From assembly GCF_004010195.1 (NCBI RefSeq), contig NC_057719.1, positions 32,114,315-32,178,277 on the forward strand: a stretch of 63,963 nucleotides of DNA, given 5' to 3'. This document shows, one piece after another, positions 25,773-36,675 of this stretch. The notes beneath the pieces are model-generated. The model was not told where the DNA came from. It did not search any database and was given only the letters and a program-made list of their open reading frames with translations. The DNA comes from Chiloscyllium plagiosum (Eukaryota). Each line of letters starts with the position of its first letter. The first letter of the stretch is position 1. Both the position numbers and the translations under genes were made by a program.

Positions 25773-26620
25773 GGTCATACAGTACGGAAACAGACCCTTC
25801 GCTCCAACCAATCCATGCCGGACATCATTCCAAACTAAACTAGTCCCACCTGCATGCTCCTGGCTAACATTCTCTGCAAACCTTTCCTGTTTATGTATCT
25901 ATCCAAATGTCTTTTCAACATTGAAGTTGTACCCACATCCACCACTTTCTCAGGAAGCTCATTCCACACATGAACCACTCTCTGTGTATCAAATTTGCGT
26001 CCTGTGTCAATTTTAAATCTCTTGCCTCTCACCTTAAAAATACACCCTCTAGTCTTGAAATCCCCCATCCCAGGGAAAAGACAACTACCATTAACTCTAT
26101 CTGCACCTGTCATTATTTTATAAACTTCTGTCAGGTCGCCTTTCAACCTTCTATGCTTCAGTGAAAAAAGTCCCAGCCCATCGAGCCTTTCTTTATAACT
26201 TAAACCTTCCATTCCCAGCAATATCCTGATGAATCCCTTCTGAACCCTCTAAAGCTTAATAATGTCCTTCCTATAACAGAGTGACACAGCTGGACACAGA
26301 ATTCCAGAAGAGGTCTCATCAATGTCCCAAACAACCCAAACGTGACTTCCCAACTCCTACACTTAAAGGACTGAGCAATGAAAGCAAGCATGCCAAACAA
26401 TTTTTTAGCCATTTGTCTGTATGTGACACAAACTTCAAAGAACCATGTACCTGCAGCCCCACGTCCCTCTGTTCAACAACACTGCCCAGGGCCCCACCAT
26501 TAATTGTATAAACCCTACCTTTGTTTGTTTTACCAAGATGCAATACTTCACATTTATCCAAATTAAACTCCATCTGTCACTTCTTACCTGTTGACCCAAT
26601 TGATCAAGATCCACTTGTAC
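25773..26620 (-). mobile_element. CR1 LINE 3' portion
   Basis: MEFNLDKCEVLHLGKTN...; GLSYKERLDGLGLFSLKHRRLKGDLTEVYKIM. Confidence 0.9.
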
Positions 26621-27195
26621 CTTTGCACTCCACACCCCTGGCCCTTCATGAAATGGAGAAAGTGAGAACTGCAGATGCTGGAGATCAGAGCGGAGAGTGT
26701 GGTGCTGGAAAAATACAGCAGGTCAGGCAGCATCCGAGGAGCAGGAGATTCAACGTTTCGGGCATAAGCCTTTCATCAGTAATTTCTGATGAAGGATTTA
26801 TGCCCGAAACGTCGATTCTCCTGCTCCTCGGATGCTGTCTGACCTGCTGTGCTTTTCCAGCAGCACTCTCGACTCTTCATGACATGGGCTGCTTTCATCA
26901 CAGTCAACCCATTTTTACCTCCTCATGGCCCCTATTATCAGCTTTTTATTCTCTCTCGCTCACCACCATCCATCTCTTTGCCTGTCCAACAGCTGTGTTC
27001 TCTCTCTGGGTTCCAGCTCCAACCACCAGATACTGCTGGGCCTCCATGCCTGGATTCAGCATATATGCACAATATCTTCCTAGCGACTATCAGTTCTGAA
27101 AAAAGGTCACTGGGCTTGACATGTTACTTCTGCTTTCTTTCCACAAACGCTGCCAGACCTGAGATTCTCCAGCAATTTCTGTTTTTAGTTCAGAA
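26621..27195 (+). mobile_element. PLE tail containing a nested palindromic family A dimer (26654-26873)
   Basis: TSD-like CTTCATGAAATGG / CTTCATGACATGG around the dimer; outer tail resembles 16480-16790. Confidence 0.7.
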
Positions 27196-27199
27196 TCAC

Positions 27200-28105
27200 T
27201 CCTGAATTTGCTAACCCAGTATATTATGCAAAACCGTGTAAAATGCCTTGTTGAAGTCCAATGTCCACCATTCTGCCTTCATCGACACCTGTTCAGCTAA
27301 TTCAATCAAATAAGTGAGATGTGATTTCCAATGCAAAAAGGTGTGTTGACTGTCCCTAATCAGTCCTTGCCTTTCCAGATATATGTAAATCCTGTCCCTT
27401 AGAATGCCCTCGAACATTTTATCCACCACTGACATCAGGCTCACCAGTCTATCGTTCTTTGACTTTTCCTTACCATCTTTCTTAAATAATAGGACTACAT
27501 TAGCCACTCTCCAGTTTTCCTGCACCTCACCTGTGGCTATCAATGGTGCAAATATCTTAGCAAAGGGCCCAGCAATCACTTCCTGAGCTTCTCACGGAGT
27601 TCTAGGGTACATCTGATCAGGTGCTGGGGATTTATCCACTTCTACGCGTTTTAAGATGGCCAGCACCTCATCTTCTGTAATATGTTCATTCTTCAAGATA
27701 TCACTATTTATTTCCCCAAGTTCTCTTGCGTTCACATTCTTCTCCACAATAATTACTGTTGGGAAATACTTGCTTAGTATCTCACACATCTTCCATGGTT
27801 CCACACCTAGGCGGCCTTGATCTTTAAGAGGCCCTATTCTCTCCCTCGGTTACTTTTTTGTCCTTTAATGTATTTGTAGAATCATTTTGGATTCTCCTTA
27901 ATCCTACGTGCCAAAGTTACCTCATGTCCCCTTTTTGCACTCCTGATTTCCCTCTTGAATATACTCCTACTGCCCTTATACGCCTCGAGGGATTCACTCG
28001 ATCCCTGATGTCTGCACCTGACATATGTTTCCTTCTTTTTCTTGACCAGAGCCTCAATATCTCCAGTCACCCAGCATTCCCGACACCTACCAGCCTTCAC
28101 ACTTA
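27200..28105 (-). mobile_element. CR1 LINE ORF2 middle (probably contiguous with 25773-26620 before the PLE insertion)
   Basis: VDKSPAPDQMYPR; ATGEVQENWRVANVVLLFKK...LVSLMSVVDK...DFNKAF. Confidence 0.9.
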
Positions 28106-29664
28106 CAGGAGACACTGTGCAGCTTTATCTTATGTTAACTTTAATTCCTTCCTCTTTAGCATGGAAAACTTACAGCAAAAAGCTGTTGCTGTACATCTAT
28201 TGATTCTGAAATCTCACAGACACACTACTGGGTTTTCTTAAACTCTCTGAAAAGATAATTATCTCTAAGAGATAATTATTTGGACAGGCCAATTTTAGCA
28301 TTTTCCTCATGGACCTCTAATTGTGTACGTGGAGCAAGATTTGAATGAGCAGTCTTGATTGGGTTTCCATTGTTATGAAAGTGATAGATCAAGAAGCACC
28401 ATGCATTCAGTGGAGGTGGCAGGGTGAGTGAGGAGCATATCCCCAAGAGTCTGAAGATTCGGCGTGTAAGGTATTACAGAGCTAACAGCAAGAAAAGGAA
28501 AGCTCCATATTTCACATGGAGTGACACCGCAGACAGAATATTTGCAAACAATGTGGAGGATAATGGAACAGATAGTCAGTGCCAATTCTAATAGCCCATC
28601 AACAGCTATTATGTATTGTAAACATTTTCTATTGTGTCTGATTGAGAATTGAGAAGAGTGTTGCCGGAAGAAAGGATGACCTGACAAGCAACCTGGCTCC
28701 TCCAGAAAGACTTATCCCCATCTGAATCCCATGCCCAACCATGGAAATGTATTTATGCCACAGCGGATACACACACTTGTACCTGATCATTAAGGAGAAG
28801 GATCTGGAAAGTGGAGGAAATGACTGGTCTTCCTGGAGACAGGGTAGAATTGGTTGCCCTTGATTGTGGAATCCAATGACCAAAGTTATCAGTGGATCTT
28901 ATGTGCAGACAGTGGAGATAGTCTCGTCTCATATGATGACGAGATCCACAAACTCGTTAACTTTAGAATAATGCAGGAGTCTACAAATTCAGGACTCAGC
29001 GATGGCAGAGGCTGAGCAGTCCTGAGTGATTACATTGCCTTCATTAGCAATTGATATGCTAAATCAAGGAACAATCAAATGACATAGTAATTTTAAAATG
29101 GATGTCTGCTTTTGATTTGCTAAAACAAGCTGTTTCTCCCTGACAAGAGGAGATAATAGAACTTTTCTTCTTCAAAGCTGGTGCATTGAATTGCTGCTGA
29201 CTGATTTATTTTAAAAGCTTACTCTGAGCAGACAGCAAATATGCCTGGTTTAACAACAGCGTTGCCAAGCTCTGGAATAGAAAAACTAGATTAAAATGAG
29301 GATGCACAACAGCTCTGTCAGAATCTTCATTTAAGATCAGTTCCGTCACCACTTGGAAGACAACAGATTGTATGATTTCATCTCTGCAGGTTCAGATATT
29401 TTGTCAAGCAAGGAGCATTTACTATTGAAATTGCTTTGAAAATGGACATTGTAGTTGGTGGACAGTAACATCAAACATAAACTCTATTTCCAACATAAAC
29501 TCAATTTCAGGTGTACAGCATAAGAAATGATCTTCCGGGATAGTTCCACTATCCAGAATAGATAGAATATCATTTATTCTCATGTGTACCCAAGCACAGA
29601 AGTACAGGTGTACAGTGAAATGTTTTACAATGTTGTCTCTTATGGTTCATCTTAGGTCCAAGTA

Positions 29665-31746
29665 GAGTCATAGAGACCCTTCGGTTCAACCCATCCATGC
29701 TGACCAGATATCCTAACCCAGTCTAGTCCCACCTGCCAGCACCCGGCCCATATCCCTCTAAACCCTTCCTATTCATATACCCATCCAAATGCCTCTTAAA
29801 TGTTGCAATTGTACCAGCCTTCACCACATCCTCTGGCAGCTCATTCCATACATGTACCACCCTCTGTGTGAAAAAGTTGCCTCTTAGGTCTCTTTTATAT
29901 CTTTCCCCTCTCACCCTAAACCTATGCCCTCTAGTTCTGGACTCCCTGGTCCCATATCCCTCATTATTAACCCTATCCATATCCCTCATAATTTTGTAAA
30001 CCTCTATAAGGTCACCCCTCAGCCTCCGACGCTCCAGGGAAAACAGCCCCAGCCTGTTCAGCCTCTCCCCATAACTCAAATCCTCCAACCCTGGCAACAT
30101 CCTTGTAANNNNNNNNNNNNNNNNNNNNNNNNNNNNNNNNNNNNNNNNNNNNNNNNNNNNNNNNNNNNNNNNNNNNNNNNNNNNNNNNNNNNNNNNNNNN
30201 NNNNNNNNNNNNNNNNNNNNNNNNNNNNNNNNNNNNNNNNNNNNNNNNNNNNNNNNNNNNNNNNNNNNNNNNNNNNNGTTGTAATCTGAGGTAACCCTCT
30301 TTGCTGTCCACTACACCTCAAATTTTGGTGTATCTGCAACTTACTAACTGTACCTCTTATGCTCACATCCAAATCATTTATGTAAATGACAAAAAGTAGA
30401 GGACCCAGCACTGATCCTTGTGGCACTCCACTGGTCACAGGCCTCCAGTCTGAAAATCAACCCACCACCACCCTCTGTCTTCTACCTTTGAGCCAGTTCT
30501 GTATCCAAATGGTTAGTTCTCCCTGTATTCCGTGAGATCTAACCTTACTAATCCGTCTCCCATGGGGAACCTTGCTGAACGCCATACTGAAGTCCATATA
30601 GGTCACATCTACTGCTCTGTCCTTATCAATCCTCTTTGTTACTTCCTCAAAAAACTCTATCAAGTTTGTGAGACATGATTTCCCACGCACAAAGCCATGT
30701 TGACTATCCCTAATCAGTCCTTGCCTTTCCAAATACAACTTGCCCATCACCGAGGTCAGGCTCACTAGTCTATAGTTCCCTGGCTTGGCCTTACCACCTT
30801 TCTTAAACAGTGGCACCACGTTAGCCAACCTCCAGTCTTCCGGCACCTCACCTGTGACTATCGATGATACAAATATCTCAGCAAGAGGCCCAGCAATCAC
30901 TTCTCTTGCTTCCCATAGAGTTCTCGGGTACACCTGATCAGGTCCTGGGGATTTATCCATCTTTTTGCGTTTCAAGAAATCCAGCACTTTCTCCTCTGTA
31001 ATTTGGATATTTTGCAAGATGTCACCATCTATTTCCCTACAGTCTCTGTCTTCCATATCCTTTTCCACAGTAAATACTGATGCAAAATGCTCATTTCATA
31101 TCTCCCCCATTTTCTGTGGCTCCACACAAAGGCCGCTTTGCTGATCTTCTAAGGATCCTATTCTCTCCCTAGTTACCCTTTTGTCCTTAATGTATTTGTA
31201 AAAACTCTTTGAATTATCCTTAATTCTATTTGCCAAAGTTATCTCATGTTCCCTTTTTGCCCTCCTAATTTCCCTCTTAAGTATATTCCTACTTCCTTTA
31301 AACTCTTCTAAGGATTCACTCGATCTATCCTGTCTATACCTGATATATACTTCCTTTTTCTTAACCAAACCCTCAATTTCTTTAGTTGTCCAGCATTCCC
31401 TATATCTACCAGCCTTTCCTTTCACCCTAACAGGAATACTCTTTCTCTGGATTCTCATTATCTCATTTCTGAAGACTTCCCATTTTCCAGCCGGCCCTTT
31501 ACCTGCAAACATCTGCCCCCAATTAGTTTTTGAAAGTTCTTGCCTAATACCGTCATAATTGGCCTTTCTCCAATTTAGAACTTTAATTTTTTGATCTGGT
31601 CTATCCTTTTCCATTACTATTTTAAATCTAATAGAATTATGGTCGCTGGCCCCAAAGTGCTCCCCCACTGACACCTCAGTCACCTGCCCTGTCTTATTTC
31701 CCAAGAGTAGGTCAAGTTTTGCACCTTCTCTAGTAGGTACATCGTC
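29665..31746 (-). mobile_element. CR1 (HER1-like) LINE, 5'-truncated, ORF2 from endonuclease end to 3' UTR
   Basis: GEHFGASDHNSIRF (APE end), [56 protein letters not shown]1 C-terminus; frameshifted; spans a gap. Confidence 0.95.
30109..30277. other. Assembly gap (169 N)
   Basis: Run of n. Confidence 1.
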
Positions 31747-32179
31747 CTATTGATAGGATTCTTGGTAATCCAAGTTGGAGGACGGGAAAAATTTCTGGCT
31801 GTAACAGCTGCTCCTTTATTGAGATATTTTAATTGCTGGAGCTGATTTCCTCGAATTCCAGGAGCAGCAATTATTGTTTTGTACGCTGGTGCATTGCTTT
31901 GGAACTTTGGAAAAAAAAGTACTGGGATGCAAAAGAGGAATAAAAAAAGTAGTTGCATTACTTTGCAGTGTTTAAAGAATAAGTTAGAAATAAGACATAG
32001 TTAAAGGATTGACATTACAGTCAGACAAAAAAAGTGAAATAAACATGACATTGCAGCAGCTCAATGCCGGGGCTTCCCCATGTGGTCTAACTGCTCACAC
32101 CAGGCATCAGCATCCCTGCACTGATACAGTTCTCCAGTCTGCCTCCAGCTGGGATACACTCCCCATGCTGGAATCCAGC

Positions 32180-32812
32180 TAGGACCACTTCCCTCTCACA
32201 GGGTGCTGCTCCAGGATTGCTCCCCCCGCACTGATCTCCATCTGGGACTGCTTCCCTCTCACAGGGTGCTGCTCCAGGACTGCTTCCCCCTCGCTGATCG
32301 CCATCCAGGACTGCTCCCCCCTCGCTGGTCTCCATCAGGGACTGCTTCCTCCTCACTGGTCTCCATCCGGGACTGGTTCACCCTCACTGGTCTCCATCCA
32401 GACTGCTTCCCCCTCACTGGTCTCTATCCAGGACTGCTTCCCCCTCACTGGTCTCCATCCGGGACTGCTTCCCCCTCACTGGTCTCTATCCAGGACTGCT
32501 TCCCCCTCACTGGTCTCCATCCAGGACTGCTTCCCCCTCACTGGTCTCCATCCGGGACTGCTTCCCCCTCACTGGTCTCTATCCAGGACTGCTTCCCCCT
32601 CACTGGTCTCCATCCGGGACTGCTTCCCCCTCACTGGTCTCTATCCAGGACTGCTTCCCCCTCACTGGTCTCCATCCGGGACTGCTTCCACCTCACTGGT
32701 CTCTATCCAGGACTGCTTCCCCCTCACTGGTCTCCATCCAGGATTGCTCCCCGCTCACTGGTCTCCATCCGGACTGCTTCCCCCTCACTGGTCTCTATCC
32801 AGGACTGCTTCC
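32180..32812. repeat. 31-bp minisatellite, left block (RGGACTGCTTCCCCCTCACTGGTCTCYATCC)
   Basis: Units start at 32461, 32492, 32523 and onward; ~17-20 copies, very homogeneous near the insert. Confidence 0.95.
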
Positions 32813-32828
32813 AGTCGCCACAACCAAC

Positions 32829-33403
32829 GGGTCTGGCTTATAATCACTCTACATGTTACCGGAACTGGGAGCCGTCAGTTCTCGTAGAGCGGTTGCCAAC
32901 AACCCACGCTCGGCGGTTAAACGTAACCCCGGAGCAGACTCCCGGGTCTGGCTTATACTCACTCTACATGTTACCGGAACTGGGAGCCGTCAGTTCTCGT
33001 AGAGCGGTTGCCAACAACCCACGCTCGGCGGTTAACCGTAACCCCGGAGCAGACTCCCGGGTCTGGCTTATACTCACTCTACATGTTACCGGAACTGGGA
33101 GCCGTCAGTTCTCGTAGAGCGGTTGCCAACAACCCACGCTCGGCGGTTAAACGTAACCCTGGAGCAGACTCCCGGGTCTGGCTTATACTCACTCTACATG
33201 TTACCGGAACTGGGAGCCGTCAGTTCTCGTAGAGCGGTTGCCAACAACCCACGCTCGGCGGTTAAACGTAACCCTGGAGCAGACTCCCGGGTCTGGCTTA
33301 TACTCACTCTACATGTTACCGGAACTGGGAGCCGTCAGTTCTCGTAGAGCGGTTGCCAACAACCCACGCTCGGCGGTTAAACGTAACCCCGGTGCAGACT
33401 CAC
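32829..33403. repeat. Five tandem 115-bp units
   Basis: GGGTCTGGCTTA starts at 32829, 32944, 33059, 33174 and 33289; each copy differs from consensus by only 1-2 substitutions. Confidence 0.98.
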
Positions 33404-33695
33404 CGAACTGGAGACTTTTCCAGGTGATATACTCTTTTCCAGATATAAACATTCATGTGAACAGCAGAGCAAGGCTAAAAAACACATTCCATTCTGGTTA
33501 CATACAGATAAGAAGATTCACACGGGGAGGTGTGTAATAAGATTCACACGGGACTAAGCAACACCTCCATTCCGGTTAGATTCACACATGTATTGGGACA
33601 TAATTTTTAACCGTTTCACCACATTCCACTGCTTGGCCCAATACATGTGTTACATTATGATTCACACATGTATTGGGACATAATTTTACACCACA
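33404..33695. promoter_or_regulatory. Repeat-rich non-coding block (U3/enhancer-like or origin-like)
   Basis: GATTCACAC x4; 29-bp direct repeat at 33579 and 33659; 14-bp inverted copy at 33637-33650; CATTCC x3; TATA-like at 33426-33449. Confidence 0.4.
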
Positions 33696-34212
33696 CCCCC
33701 TCACTGGTCTCCATCCAGGATTGCTTCCCACTCGCTGATCTCCATCCGGGACTGCTTACCCTCACTGATCTCCATCTTGGATTGCTTCCCCCTCACTGGT
33801 CTCCATTCAGGAATAGTTTCCACCTCACTGGTCTCCATCCGGGACTGCTTTCCCCTCACTGGTCCCCATCCGGAACTGCTTCACTCTTGCTGGTCTCCAT
33901 CAGGGACTGCCTCCCCCTCACTGGTCTCCGTCCAGGACTAGTTTCCACCTCACTGATCTCCATCCGGGACTGCTTCACCTTCACTGGTCTCTATCCGGGA
34001 CTGCTTCCCCCTCATTGATTTCCATCTGGGCTGCTTCCCCCTCACTGATCTCCATCTGGGTCTGCTTCCCCCTCACTGGGCACCATCCGGGACTGCTTCC
34101 CCCTCACTGATCTCCATATGGGTCTGCATATGGGTCCCCCTCACTGCTCACCATCCGTGACTGCTTCCCCCTCACTGGTCTCCATCCGGGACTGCTTCCC
34201 CCTCCCTGGTCT
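33696..34212. repeat. 31-bp minisatellite, right block (more degenerate)
   Basis: Same consensus as the left block, ~16 copies. Confidence 0.95.
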
Positions 34213-34630
34213 ATTAATCTAGTCCTATTTGCCAGCACTTAGCCCATATCCCTCTAAAACCTTCCTAAGTCATATACCCATTCAGATGCCTTTTCAATGT
34301 TGTAATTGTACCAGCCTCCACCACTTCCTTTGACTGCTTATTCCACACACACACCACCCTCTGTGTGAAAAAGGGAGTGAAAAAGGATCCCTTTTAAATC
34401 TTGTCCTTCTCACCTTAAAACTCTGCCCTTTAGTTCTGGACTCCTCTACCCCAGGGAAAAGATTTTATCTGTTTCCCCTATCCATGCTCTTCATGATCTT
34501 ATAAATCTCTATGAGGTCACCCCTCAGCATCTGACACTCCATGGATAACAGACCCAACCTATTCAGCCCCTCCATATATCTCAGATCCTTGAAAATCTTT
34601 TCTAAACCCTTTCAAGTTTCACAACATCGT
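34213..34630 (-). mobile_element. CR1 LINE 3' fragment
   Basis: CTAGTCCTATTTGCCAGC...CCATATCCCTCTAAA matches the other CR1 3' ends. Confidence 0.85.
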
Positions 34631-35256
34631 TCAGGTGATTCTGTCTCTTTTGCTGTAGCTGTGTTAGAGTGCAATGGAAACCATATTTACAGTCTGGCAA
34701 TTCTAAAAAAGTCCTGAGTTTATAAATCTCTCATCTTGCTTTGACACCCATAACTTGCTCATTCACTTCTGTGAACATTGAACACTTGAAATAGGCATCA
34801 TTAAATCACAAGATGTCATAAAGACAGTTCTCTAAAACAACCCTGTAATTATGGGTCAGTTTAATATCCATTATCAATTTTCAATATTCACTATCTCAAG
34901 CAAAAATATGATAATTGAGATTCCATTAAGCACCAATCAATATAAAGTAAATCTTGTTATATAATTGCCTAATATCATAAAACATGAATACAATTATTGT
35001 AATAAATATTCAATATATTGCCAATTACTGACTTGCAGATTAATCTTCATGTTTGTTTTGCAGTATGTATGCAGCTATATAAAACATCTCCAGCTTCTTA
35101 AAAGCATTTGTTCTGAATCAATTAACAAGTTTCCATTTTACAGGTTTAATATTGTGGATGTGTTTGTTGTTCTTTTATTCAACATACCATGACCGTCTGT
35201 CATGCCAAATACTGACATATCAAACTACAAGTCATCAAAGCAATATTCTGAAAGCT

Positions 35257-36675
35257 GGTTGGGGTATCTTTGGTTTTGGCTTGAAGGCGGCGGAGGTTGA
35301 GTAATTTCCCATAGATTCTGTAAGTTAGCTCCACTCCAGTAGGGAGCTTGTTGGTGGTGAGGTGAAGGATTGCTACCAGGTAGATCAAGAACAATATTGG
35401 GGTGATAACATAGCCCTGCTTGACATTGGTGCAAATGGGGAATGGCTTATTCATCATGACCACGACTTCCATGTTGTCGTGGAGCAGGTGAAGGGTGGTG
35501 ACATACTTCATAGTGCGACCAAAGCAGAGAAGGATACTCCATAATGCTTCCCGATTGACAGTGTCAAAGGCTTTTGTCTGGTCGAAGGGGTAGATTCTTT
35601 TCTTCAGTGAGAAATTATTCAAACTCAGTCGCCTTCATGTCAAATCCAAAGGGACCCCAACCGGTGTCATCGAGTTGCAGTACGCAGATAATGCTTGTGT
35701 ATGTGCAATCTCAGAGGATGTACTCTGGGCTATCGACAGCACGTTTGTGGAATTGGATGAGAGCACGGGTCTCACTCTGAACATGCACAAGATGAAGGAT
35801 CTCCACTAACCTGGCCTGGTGTTGTGGAGCTAACTCCCAATCATCAAGGTCCACAGGGAGATGTTAGAGAACCACATTCAATACCTCTGGAGTGTCCTGA
35901 CATCCAAACCAGCTATTGATGAAGAGATCCAGTGTTTTAGCACAGCCTTTGGCTGCACGAGGAAAAGAGTGTTTGAGAACAACAACATCAGATCCGACAC
36001 CAAGATCAGGGTTTACAGAGCTGAGTTGGTTCCCGGCCTCCTATATGGCTCTGAGAGGTGGACTGTTTACAGCAGGCACCTTCAAAGTACTGGAGCAGTA
36101 CCACCAACACTGCCTGCACAAGATTCTGTGAATCTGTTGGGAAGAAAGACGCACCAACACCAGCATCCTCGACCAGGCAAACATCTCCTGCATCGAAGAA
36201 CTGACCACCCTTGATCATCTGCAATGGACTGGGCACGTTGTCTGCATGACCAACATGAGATTCCCCAAGCAGGTGCTCTACTCCCAGCTCCAGAACAACC
36301 GACGAGCACCAGGTGGACAGAGGAAGTGAGTCAGTGATACCCTCAAAGCTTCACTGGTGAAGTACCACATTCCCACACACAACTGGGAATCACTGACCTA
36401 AGACCATCCAGAGTGGAGGAGGAACATCCGGGATGTCGTTGAGCACCTCGAGACTTGCTGTCGGGAAAAAGCAGAAGCCAGGTTAAAACAGTGAAAGGAG
36501 TGCACTGCCACACCAATGCTCCATCCTCCCTTCTCACAACCACCTTCTATCCTAAGTGTAACAGAGCCTGCGGTAGCCACATCAGTCTGTACAGCCACCT
36601 ATGGACTCACCCTGAGAGTGGAAGAGAGTCAGCCTCATCTGTGGGGGATTACCAGTAATGATGATGATGATGATG
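35257..36675 (+). mobile_element. RTE-clade LINE with inverted 5' segment, (GAT)n tail and 12-bp TSD
   Basis: Minus 35257-35595: FDQTKAFDTVNREALW...VKQGYVITPILF; plus from ~35607: VIELQYADN...KIRVYRA...LLYGSERW; ATTCTGAAAGCT at 35245-35256 and 36676-36687. Confidence 0.9.

Larger units (their letters stand above)
32813..33695. mobile_element. Unclassified insertion (possible LTR-like or structured-RNA element) splitting a minisatellite unit
   Basis: Left junction GGACTGCTTCC|AGTCG; right junction CACCACA|CCCCCTCACTGG; sequence unrelated to the minisatellite; CpG-rich. Confidence 0.6.

Noticed and set aside
32829..33403. CRISPR- or TIGR-like array
   Set aside because: Units are identical end to end with no variable spacers, and there is no associated protein gene.
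32829..33403. 5S, tRNA or snRNA gene cluster, or a known ribozyme
   Set aside because: No A/B/C boxes, T-run terminator or cloverleaf; CTGACGG has no GAAA partner; TTCTCGT resembles the HDV L3 loop but lacks a closing P3.
32203..33537. Long ORFs (304 aa and the repeated 74-99 aa ORFs) across the minisatellite and the 115-bp array
   Set aside because: Products of tandem repeats whose lengths (31 and 115) are not multiples of 3; the frame rotates and hits a stop every 345 nt; non-ATG starts; no domain. Not a never-ending ORF.
33579..33690. Mitochondrial control-region insertion (TACAT/ATGTA motifs)
   Set aside because: No conserved sequence blocks, tRNA or mitochondrial gene nearby; the motif is too short to support the call.
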